Notes under the pieces: model-generated
The model's input: the letters and a program-made list of their open reading frames with translations, nothing else
Told to the model about the DNA's origin: nothing
Database searches by the model: none
Assembly: GCA_963835625.1 (NCBI GenBank)
Contig: CAWIGO010000010.1
Location: 127,626-191,625, forward strand
Length of the DNA: 64,000 bases
Reading direction: 5' to 3'
DNA from: an uncultured Verrucomicrobiae bacterium
Lineage (GTDB): Bacteria; Verrucomicrobiota; Verrucomicrobiia; Limisphaerales; UBA11358
Shown here: piece by piece, positions 57,031 to 64,000 of the stretch
Layout: every line of letters starts with the position of its first letter
Numbering within the stretch: the first letter of the stretch is position 1
Position numbers and translations under genes: made by a program

Positions 57031-57565
57031 GAAAACCAATCCGCCGTCTTGGCGGTTCCGGTGGCGGTGGCGGCGGGTCGAGGATTTCCATGACGCGCCG
57101 GAGCACTTCTACAATAGCGATTTCATGTCCGTCGAGTCGCGCGGTCAATTTCTTTTCCAAGTCAGCCAATTGGCGCGCGAGTTCCTTTGTCCCGCCAAGC
57201 AATTCGCGCATTTTCACGAATGCACGCACCACAAACACGCTCATGCGCACGGCTTCCGGGCTGTTCAAGACATTGGCCGCCATGATTGCGCCATTCTCGG
57301 TGAAAGCGTACGGTAAGAACCGCCGTCCACCGTGCAAACTTGAGATGCCAAATTGGCATCTCAAGTTTTCAAACTCCTCCCTCGTCAATTGGAACATGAA
57401 GTCAGCAGGAAAGCGTTTGCGATTGCGAGTCACAGCACGATTCAACGCGCCGGTTTCCACACCGTAGATTTTAGCGAGGTCGGCATCGAGAAGAACTTTC
57501 TTTTCCCGAATCGTTTGAATCAGCGAGCCGATTTTGTCCACGCGCGATGGCGTTTGATTGCTCAT
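56975..57565 (-). CDS. ORF6N (KilA-N-related) domain DNA-binding protein
   Basis: IREKKVLLDADLAKIYGVETGALNRAVTRNRKRFPADFMFQLTREEFENLRCQFGISSLHGGRRFLPYAFTENGAIMAANVLNSPEAVRMSVFVVRAFVKMRE is the ORF6N signature. A coiled-coil and a PPPPPPEPPRRRIGF tail follow. Confidence 0.85.
   Translation of the reverse strand: MSNQTPSRVDKIGSLIQTIREKKVLLDADLAKIYGVETGALNRAVTRNRKRFPADFMFQLTREEFENLRCQFGISSLHGGRRFLPYAFTENGAIMAANVLNSPEAVRMSVFVVRAFVKMRELLGGTKELARQLADLEKKLTARLDGHEIAIVEVLRRVMEILDPPPPPPEPPRRRIGFHVGSEEKSESKAKIQRKH
57336..57368. repeat. Perfect 33-bp palindrome inside the ORF6N coding sequence
   Basis: AAACTTGAGATGCCAA-A-TTGGCATCTCAAGTTT encodes …ENLRCQFGISSL…. It is a sibling of the 31-bp palindrome at 57686..57716. 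Confidence 0.9.
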
Positions 57566-57588
57566 GTTCGTTGCCTTCTGAACCGGTT

Positions 57589-57746
57589 ACAATTTGTGCC
57601 GCTTATGTTTTGACATCGCAAATTGCGATATCAAATTAGACTTCCTTCAAGGTCACAAATTGTGACCTTAAAGATTTTGCCATCCAACTTGAGGTGCCAA
57701 ATTGGCACCTCAAGTTTATCTATCTGAACCTATCGCAATTTGCGAT
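57589..57746. promoter_or_regulatory. Array of palindromes with shared CAAATTG core upstream of the ORF6N operon
   Basis: The sites are ACAATTTGT (57589..57597), ATCGCAA-A-TTGCGAT (57615..57629) and AAGGTCACAA-A-TTGTGACCTT (57649..57669). They continue with AACTTGAGGTGCCAA-A-TTGGCACCTCAAGTT (57686..57716) and ATCGCAA-T-TTGCGAT (57732..57746). All lie 24-181 nt upstream of the ORF6N ATG (57565). Confidence 0.6.
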
Positions 57747-57823
57747 GGGTTGCTGATTCACCTCTTTTTCCTCTGCATCTTTGCCGCGATCCCGCAGAGC
57801 GGGACGCGCTTCGCGCGCCAATT

Positions 57824-59065
57824 TTATTTATTCTTTTGTACCTTAGCGGCCACTTTCAACCGCAGCGCGTTGAGCCGGATGAAGCCGGTGGCGTCGTCCT
57901 GGTTGTAAGTCCCGCGATGCGGGATCGGATCAGCTTCCATCGTCGCGATGTGCGGGTTGTAAAGGCTTACGGGAGATTTGCGGCCGGCAACCATGATGTT
58001 GCCTTTATATAACTTTACCCGCACGGTGCCGGTCACGTTTTTCTGACTCTCGGTCACCAGCGCCTGCAATGCCAGCCGTTCCGGCGCGAACCAGTAGCCG
58101 TAATACACCAGCTCCGCGTACCGCGGAATCAGCGAGTCCCGCAGGTGCATGACTTCCCGATCCATGGTGAGGCTTTCCATCTGCCGGTGCGCAAAATGCA
58201 GAATCGCGCCGCCGGGCGTTTCATACACGCCCCGCGATTTCATGCCCACATACCGGTTCTCCACCATGTCCACCCGCCCGACGCCGTGTTTGCCGCCGAG
58301 TTTATTCAGCGCCTTCATCACGCCGAGCGGGGACAGTTTTTTGCCATTCACCGCCACGCAGTTGCCTTTCACGAAATCCAGCGTCACAAACTCCGGTTTG
58401 TTCGGCGCGTCTTCGGGGAACACGGAGAGTGTGTTGAACGAGCCGCGAAACTTTTTGTCGCTCGCGTCCAGCCACGGGTCTTCGAGAATGCCCGCCTCGT
58501 AGGAAATGTGCAGAAGGTTCCGGTCACTCGAAAATGGTTTCTTCGCGCTGGTCCCGCTCTGCGGGAGAATCTTGTGCCGTTTGCAGTAGGCAATCATCTC
58601 CTGCCGTCCGGGAAATTCTCTCCGAAACCGCGCGTCACGCCACGGGGCGATGACCTGTAGATCCGGCGCGAGCGCGGCGGCGGTCAGTTCGAACCGCACC
58701 TGGTCGTTGCCTTTGCCGGTGGCGCCATGGGCGATGGCATCGGCCTTTTCCCTGCGGGCGACTTCGATCATTTCCTTGGCGATGAGCGGCCGGGCGATGC
58801 TGGTGCCGAGGAAATACTGGCCTTCGTAAATCGCGCCCGCCTGAATCATCGGATAGATGAAGTCACGCGCGAATTCCTCCTGCAAATCGCCGATATAAAT
58901 TTTCGACGCGCCGGTTTTTCTGGCCTTCGCCTCCAAGCCGCGCAGTTCCTCCTCCTGCCCGATATTGGCGCAGAAGGCGATCATTTCGGCATCATAGGTT
59001 TCTTTGAGCCACGAAAGCAGCACCGAGGTGTCGAGGCCGCCGGAATAGGCTAAAACGATTTTCAT
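57824..59065 (-). CDS. argG: Argininosuccinate synthase
   Basis: [15 protein letters not shown] (PP-loop), [14 protein letters not shown] and [12 protein letters not shown] motifs. Confidence 0.95.
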   Translation of the reverse strand: MKIVLAYSGGLDTSVLLSWLKETYDAEMIAFCANIGQEEELRGLEAKARKTGASKIYIGDLQEEFARDFIYPMIQAGAIYEGQYFLGTSIARPLIAKEMIEVARREKADAIAHGATGKGNDQVRFELTAAALAPDLQVIAPWRDARFRREFPGRQEMIAYCKRHKILPQSGTSAKKPFSSDRNLLHISYEAGILEDPWLDASDKKFRGSFNTLSVFPEDAPNKPEFVTLDFVKGNCVAVNGKKLSPLGVMKALNKLGGKHGVGRVDMVENRYVGMKSRGVYETPGGAILHFAHRQMESLTMDREVMHLRDSLIPRYAELVYYGYWFAPERLALQALVTESQKNVTGTVRVKLYKGNIMVAGRKSPVSLYNPHIATMEADPIPHRGTYNQDDATGFIRLNALRLKVAAKVQKNK

Positions 59066-59217
59066 GCACCGATATTAAACCGTCAAAATGGCAAACGCGC
59101 AAAGAGGAAATGCAAGGCGTTGGTTTTGGTGGGGCAAGCGTACCCGTAAGCCGGATTCAGCCCAAAGCCAAAAGTCATTGGGACTGGACGGTGTAGGCGG
59201 TTTTCTTTTCCAGCTCA

Positions 59218-60006
59218 TCAACGGGTTTCCTCCACCATCAGCATCTGCATTGTTTCGCTGTCGCTGATGAGTGCGAGTCCCATTTCGGCCAGTGATTTTT
59301 TAAAGGCTTCGTCAGTCGGGTTGCTGCGTCCGGGTCCTTGCCAGACCACCGTGAAATCGTAAAACCCCGTCAGTCCGGTCTTGTCAAGGACGGGCTGTTT
59401 AAACCGGTCTTCGGCCATGCTGATGATCTGTTGAAGGGACGCGTGGCGGAAATACAGTTTGCCCATATTGTATGTGACATTTTCTTTGCCGGCGCTGCCC
59501 GGCTTCAGACCGGGACTGTTGGGATGTTGAACTTTGAGCACCAACACGTCGGCGTCGTGCTCCTGCCAATGCGCGGTGTAGCCAAGTTCGTTCTTGACCG
59601 CGTCGCGAAAGCGTTTCACCGGCTGGCCAGTCACGGTCACGAGAAAATCAAACCTGTTGGTGGGGACAACGGGCGGCAAAACCACGCGCGAGACAGGGCA
59701 TTGATAGGCCATCCCCATGACTTCAGCCAATGACACATTGCGCCCGACCATGCGCATCTGGTTTGGATCATATTTGCCGGAGCGGGAGCTGGACGGCACC
59801 GCAAAACATCCCGACCGCCGTGAAGTCGCAAATTGAGTCGGACGCAGGATGAACACGTGGGCCGGGGCTTTTTCCAGTTTTTGGTAATCAAGCTGGAAAA
59901 AAGTTTCGGCGACGCTCGGAACCCAAATCATTTTCACCGCGAACGTAACGGCCAGCAACAAAACCATGCTGCCAGCCACCGTCAATTGTGTCTTGGTTAC
60001 AACCAT
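59218..60006 (-). CDS. TIGR03435-family (soil-associated) protein
   Basis: An N-terminal anchor, then the C-terminal pattern PVLDKTGLTGFYDFTVVW characteristic of TIGR03435-type proteins. The family call is from memory. Confidence 0.65.
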   Translation of the reverse strand: MVVTKTQLTVAGSMVLLLAVTFAVKMIWVPSVAETFFQLDYQKLEKAPAHVFILRPTQFATSRRSGCFAVPSSSRSGKYDPNQMRMVGRNVSLAEVMGMAYQCPVSRVVLPPVVPTNRFDFLVTVTGQPVKRFRDAVKNELGYTAHWQEHDADVLVLKVQHPNSPGLKPGSAGKENVTYNMGKLYFRHASLQQIISMAEDRFKQPVLDKTGLTGFYDFTVVWQGPGRSNPTDEAFKKSLAEMGLALISDSETMQMLMVEETR

Positions 60007-60024
60007 GGAAAGTTTCTCCGCGCG

Positions 60025-60750
60025 TCAAAAGGTTTCCCAGTCACCGGCCTTTTTCGAGTCAACGTGAAAGTCAAAAAAGAGGTAGTTGCGCACAGTTTTG
60101 TGAACCGGCTGTGGGGCTGTGAACGGTTCTTTTTCATTCAGGCTGTCAGGATATTCAATCGCCTGCAAATCCATGTCCGCCAACGCCCACACCTGGTCCA
60201 GTGGCGCGGTGGCGGCGATGGCCGCCAGATTGAGCGCCGGCTGCTGCGCACTCGCCCGGCCAAACGGATAGCCAGGCAGTTGATCCAGCGGCGAATTGTT
60301 CGGGCGGGTGAGCGTGAACGAAAACGCGTGGGCGAAATTATCCGACTCCGGGTTGTAGCCGTTCGGCGGCGTGCGCAAATATCCCGGACAGGCCAGCACT
60401 TTCACCACGTTCGTGGCATTAGTTCCCACCATGGCGGGCGACGGCAACGCAAGGTATGCGGCCAGATAATACGAGATAAAATTGGTCTGCGTCGCGTTGT
60501 AGGCGGGCGTCTCCGACAAGTCGAGGTAATTGGGTGCGGCGGGGTTGTTGCCCGGCGGCAATTGCTCGTTATTGTCGTCCAGATACATTTTCAATGCCAT
60601 GCCCACCTGCTTGTAATTCGATATGCACTGAATCTGTATCGCGCGGTCCTTTGCTCGCGACAACACCGGCAACAACATCGCCGCCAGGATGCCGATGATG
60701 GCAATCACCACCAGCAATTCGATGAGTGTGAAAGCGCGCCTCGGATTCAT
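60025..60750 (-). CDS. Prepilin-type N-terminal cleavage/methylation protein with DUF1559-like domain
   Basis: [34 protein letters not shown] is a class III signal and methylation motif. The body is typical of the PVC DUF1559 expansions. Confidence 0.85.
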   Translation of the reverse strand: MNPRRAFTLIELLVVIAIIGILAAMLLPVLSRAKDRAIQIQCISNYKQVGMALKMYLDDNNEQLPPGNNPAAPNYLDLSETPAYNATQTNFISYYLAAYLALPSPAMVGTNATNVVKVLACPGYLRTPPNGYNPESDNFAHAFSFTLTRPNNSPLDQLPGYPFGRASAQQPALNLAAIAATAPLDQVWALADMDLQAIEYPDSLNEKEPFTAPQPVHKTVRNYLFFDFHVDSKKAGDWETF

Positions 60751-60918
60751 GCTGCCACCAGTATAGACACCGACTCCGCCCGATTGGTATGGAAATGCGT
60801 CGGATTCATTTTCACATAGACACCGACGCTAACAAATCGTTTCGCGGTTTTGGCAATGGTTGCCGGTCGTCCACTCTATAATAAGTGTCCGCTGAAATGG
60901 AAAAGGGAACGGATTATT

Positions 60919-61812
60919 TCATCTTTTCCGCGCAGCGACGTTCAGCGGCTCGATGTGCACGAGCACGTCGCAAACGGCGGGGAGGGCGTTGCGAATTTTG
61001 TCCTTCACGGCATGGGCGATTTCGTGCGAGCGAAGCACGGTCATCTGCGGATCCACTTCCACATGCATGTCCACGAAATACTGATAACCCACCTTGCGAA
61101 CAATGCATTTCTCCACGCCATTCACACCGGGCGTGGTTGTCGCAATCTGTCGGATCTGGTCAATCACTTCCGGACCGGGCGCGGTGTCCATGAGTTCGCT
61201 TAGGGCCGGACGGAGCAGATGCCAGCCGTTCCACGCGATGACCCCCGCCGCCGCAATCGCCGCCACGTCATCCGCCGCCTCGAAACCCTTGCCGCCGATG
61301 AGCGCCACGCTGATGCCGATGCCGGCGGCCACGGACGTGATGGCGTCGCTGCGATGATGCCAGGCGTCCGTGCGCACGGCGGAACTGTCCACCGCTTTGC
61401 CTTCGTGCGAAACAAACCGGAACAGGCCTTCCTTCACGGCCACCACCAATAGCAGCACGATGAGTGTGAATGGCGCCGGCGACGGGTGGGGTTTCGTGAT
61501 TTCGCCGAACGCCGTGATGGCGATCCACAGGGCCGCCCCCAACAACATGGTGGCGACGATGGCGGAGGCGATGGGTTCGGCCTTGCCGTGGCCGTAGGGA
61601 TGGTCTTCGTCCGCCGGCACCGCTGCAACGACGACGCCACGCCAGACGACGAGCGAACTGAAAATGTCGGCGAAGGATTCGACGGCATCGGCGACGAGCG
61701 CATGCGAATGGCCGGCAATGCCCGCGGCGAGTTTCGTGCCTGACAACACGAGGTTGGCGGCCATGCCCGCAAAGGTGGCGCGCAGACTGCGTTGGAGGCG
61801 ATTCAGTGGCAC
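60919..61812 (-). CDS. Cation diffusion facilitator (CDF) transporter
   Basis: Six TM segments with HSHALVADAVESFAD and the DAWHHRSDA metal-site motifs. A C-terminal cytoplasmic domain follows. Confidence 0.9.
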   Translation of the reverse strand: MPLNRLQRSLRATFAGMAANLVLSGTKLAAGIAGHSHALVADAVESFADIFSSLVVWRGVVVAAVPADEDHPYGHGKAEPIASAIVATMLLGAALWIAITAFGEITKPHPSPAPFTLIVLLLVVAVKEGLFRFVSHEGKAVDSSAVRTDAWHHRSDAITSVAAGIGISVALIGGKGFEAADDVAAIAAAGVIAWNGWHLLRPALSELMDTAPGPEVIDQIRQIATTTPGVNGVEKCIVRKVGYQYFVDMHVEVDPQMTVLRSHEIAHAVKDKIRNALPAVCDVLVHIEPLNVAARKR

Positions 61813-61863
61813 GGCTCAATGTTGAATTTTGAATACCGGGTGTCGAATGCAAAATTCACGGAG

Positions 61864-61924
61864 GTAGGGACGCGCGGCCCGCGTGTCCGAAGATTTGCCG
61901 GACGCCCCGGCGGGGCGTCCCTAC
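61864..61924. repeat. GTAGGGAC double-hairpin element abutting the DUF1015 stop codon
   Basis: GTAGGGACGCGCGGCCCGCGTGTCC-GAAGATTTGCC-GGACGCCCCGGCGGGGCGTCCCTAC approximates the reverse complement of the hisC-internal copy, with a longer central spacer. It starts 2 nt after the stop at 61926..61928. Confidence 0.85.
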
Positions 61925-61925
61925 C

Positions 61926-63137
61926 CTAAATCATATGGCAAAACATTCCGTCGCGGAGCTTTGGTTCGAACCACGTGCTCTTGGGCGGCATCATGCCGCC
62001 GGAATCGGCGACCGCCATTAAATCCTCGATACCCGTCGGGAACATGGAAAACGCGCAAGCATATTCGCCACTGTCCACCAGCTTTTCCAGTTCCGCCGTG
62101 CCGCGAATGCCGCCAATGCAGTTGATGCGCCCGTTCGTGCGAGGGTCGTCAATGCCGAACACAGGCGCGAGTACGTGCTTTTGTAAAAGGGTCACGTCGA
62201 GTAAGTCAACCGGGTCGCCCGCGGCAGTCAGCTTGTTGCGGAAGGCCAGGGTGTGCCATTTGCCGCGCAGATAAAGCCCGATTTCGTGCTTTTGTTTCGG
62301 CATCGCGCTTCCGGTTTCGATCGTGAAAACCGTTTCCAATTTTTTCAGCAATTGCTCCGGCGTCCGGCCTTTCAAATCCTTCAATACGCGGTTGTAGGAC
62401 AAAATCTGCACTTGATTGTGCGGAAAAATCACGGTCAGAAATTGTCCGCTGTGCCCCGCGCCATGGCGCTTTTGAAAAACGCGCGCCGCCGCCGCACTGC
62501 GATGATGCCCGTCCCCGATGTAAAGGCGTGAAATTTTTGCGAATTGCGCTTCGATAAGCCGAATTTCCGCCGCGTCATTAATCGTCCATGAGGTGTGCCG
62601 CACACCATCTCTGGCTGTGAAATCCACATCGGGGTTCCCCGCAATTTTCATCGCAACCAATTCGTCAAGCGCGGAACTGGCGCGATAAGTCAGAAACGCC
62701 GGACCGGTTTGGGAATTGAGCGTTTCAATGTGGCGCGACCGGTCGTCTTCCTTGTCGGGCTGGGTCAATTCATGCTTCTTGATGACGCCGTTGAGATACT
62801 CCTCGCAACTCGCCGTCGCGACAAGGCCGGTTTGCGAATGACCGCCCATGATTTGCCGGTACAGATAAAAACACGGCTGCGGGTCCTGCCGCAGAGCGCC
62901 GTCACGGATGAGTTTCTGAAAATTCTCCCTGCCTTTCGCATAAACTTCCGGCGCGTAAATGTCCGTGCCCGGCGGCAAATCAATTTCCGATTTGCTGACA
63001 TGCAGAAAGCTCAACGGATTGCCGGCGGCAATTACACGCGCCTCGTCCGACGACATGACGTCGTAAGGCAGTTCGCAAATGCGCGAAGCCAGTCCTAGTT
63101 TGGGTCGCAGAGCGGCAAATGGTTTGATCGTGGCCAT
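61926..63137 (-). CDS. DUF1015-domain protein
   Basis: The ATG at 63137 gives MATIKPFAALRPKLGLASRICELPYDVMSSDEAR, the typical DUF1015 N-terminus. The longer tracked ORF extension is Arg/His-rich junk. Confidence 0.85.
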   Translation of the reverse strand: MATIKPFAALRPKLGLASRICELPYDVMSSDEARVIAAGNPLSFLHVSKSEIDLPPGTDIYAPEVYAKGRENFQKLIRDGALRQDPQPCFYLYRQIMGGHSQTGLVATASCEEYLNGVIKKHELTQPDKEDDRSRHIETLNSQTGPAFLTYRASSALDELVAMKIAGNPDVDFTARDGVRHTSWTINDAAEIRLIEAQFAKISRLYIGDGHHRSAAAARVFQKRHGAGHSGQFLTVIFPHNQVQILSYNRVLKDLKGRTPEQLLKKLETVFTIETGSAMPKQKHEIGLYLRGKWHTLAFRNKLTAAGDPVDLLDVTLLQKHVLAPVFGIDDPRTNGRINCIGGIRGTAELEKLVDSGEYACAFSMFPTGIEDLMAVADSGGMMPPKSTWFEPKLRDGMFCHMI

Positions 63138-63166
63138 AAACCGGCAGAGTTTAGTATGCCGGTGAT

Positions 63167-64000
63167 TTATTTGGAAGACCCGGCGTTCCAGATGGCCATG
63201 GTATCGGGCGAGCCTTGGCTGCGGATGCCATTGTCGGTGAGGATGCCGTCGGTAGCGGCGAGCATTTCGGCCCGCGGAAACACCATCGTCTCGCCATCGC
63301 GACCAGCAAAGGCGATGGTGATGAATTTGTCCCTGGCATCGCGCAGGACTTCCACCAGATGGCCAAGGTTTTTGATGGGGATGCCGTTGACGGTTTTGAC
63401 CACCTGGCAAAACGGGTCCGAATAGCCTTCCGACAGTTTATGCGGAAAGAAGGGAGATGGAACCACCACAAGTTCCTCATCCTTGAAAGCCGGCCTGTCG
63501 CTGATGCGCGTTATCAGCGGGCTGCCCTTATAACTCAACCAGATCATCCAGCGTGCGCCCCGGCTGCCGCTGGTGAACTCACGGACGAACTGTTGCGAGG
63601 CGCTGGAAAACACCAATGGCCCGTAAATGAAATACGACGGGTAGGCGTCTCTCAAATCCGGCAAGAGCATCGGATGCTTCGGCGATACGGGCAATTCAAT
63701 ATGGATTTCTTTCCCATCGCGCTCCACCGTCAACGGCAATTTTCCGTTTTTGGCCGTTTTCTGAACTAGATATTGGAAACGAATGCGCAGGTCGTTCCCT
63801 TGTTTGACCATGCCCTGGTCGTCCACCGGCGTGTCGCCAATTTTGGTGATGACATCCCATTCCTTCAGCGGGTAGGCCGGATCGTCGCTGTCCGGCTGAT
63901 GCACGATCATTCCTTCCACCGGCTTGTCGAGTTTGAGAAACGGGCGTAAAGCGGGATTTTCGAGCGTTTGCAACTCATCAAACATGGCGGGCTTGCCGTC
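63167..64000 (-). CDS. PDZ-containing (S1C-like?) protease, C-terminal part; 5' end outside window
   Basis: The frame stays open to nt 64000 (…DGKPAMFDELQ…). PDZ-like segments are VITKIGDTPVDDQG and VVKTVNGIPIKNLGHLVEVL. The catalytic domain is not visible in the window. Confidence 0.5.
   Translation of the reverse strand, partial: DGKPAMFDELQTLENPALRPFLKLDKPVEGMIVHQPDSDDPAYPLKEWDVITKIGDTPVDDQGMVKQGNDLRIRFQYLVQKTAKNGKLPLTVERDGKEIHIELPVSPKHPMLLPDLRDAYPSYFIYGPLVFSSASQQFVREFTSGSRGARWMIWLSYKGSPLITRISDRPAFKDEELVVVPSPFFPHKLSEGYSDPFCQVVKTVNGIPIKNLGHLVEVLRDARDKFITIAFAGRDGETMVFPRAEMLAATDGILTDNGIRSQGSPDTMAIWNAGSSK

Noticed and set aside
58551-58567. In-frame element insertion in argG, by analogy with hisC, prmC and recG
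   Set aside because: The local ArgG sequence (…[27 protein letters not shown]…) has about the same length as in the ArgG proteins I recall. The shared 17-mer does not clearly add residues. I reported it only as a repeated word.

Overview
GC-rich chromosomal window from a PVC-group bacterium, most consistent with Verrucomicrobiota. The lineage call rests on a DUF1559 prepilin-like protein, a TIGR03435-type protein, a sulfatase, a TIGR04073-like lipoprotein, and a YQVQY...RFYRL C-terminal tail. About 60 protein genes are supported, and most are housekeeping:
- tyrS, murJ, ispE, tatA and tatC
- a tolQ-tolR-tolA-tolB-pal cluster
- bioD, tig, a TolC-like gene and an ExeA/GspB-like pair
- hisC and hisD, pyrF, and fabD-fabG-acpP-fabF
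- prmC, murA, bamD and an lptE-like gene, guaA, recG, coaB
- an ampG-like gene, uppP, rtcB, argG and a CDF transporter
- a small CAZyme group (GH28, CE15-like, lyase-like)

I saw no rRNA, tRNA or CRISPR array by eye.

The one clearly accessory stretch is about 51.4-57.8 kb, between the lyase-like gene and argG. It holds an IS1380-type transposase fragment, a large S53 (sedolisin) peptidase and four copies of a 60-75 nt repeat. It also holds a visibly AT-richer islet encoding an ORF6N/KilA-N-type DNA-binding protein, an overlapping Rx4H (HEPN-like?) protein and a single-pass membrane protein.

The islet is preceded by an array of perfect palindromes sharing a CAAATTG core. One is a 31-bp palindrome, and it recurs as a 33-bp palindrome inside the ORF6N coding sequence with mirrored substitutions. 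This is my best candidate for an undescribed toxin/immunity-type module. The assignment is inference only.

Second theme: GC-rich GTAGGG...CCCTAC double-hairpin elements sit in frame inside hisC, prmC and recG, much as Rickettsia palindromic elements do. Related copies abut stop codons.

Third theme: three frame disruptions (tatC, the tolA-like gene at an A7/T7 run, and the S53 C-terminus). These may be assembly indels or real decay.

All family calls come from reading motifs in the translations. No searches were run. Hairpin and repeat coordinates may be off by 1-2 nt.
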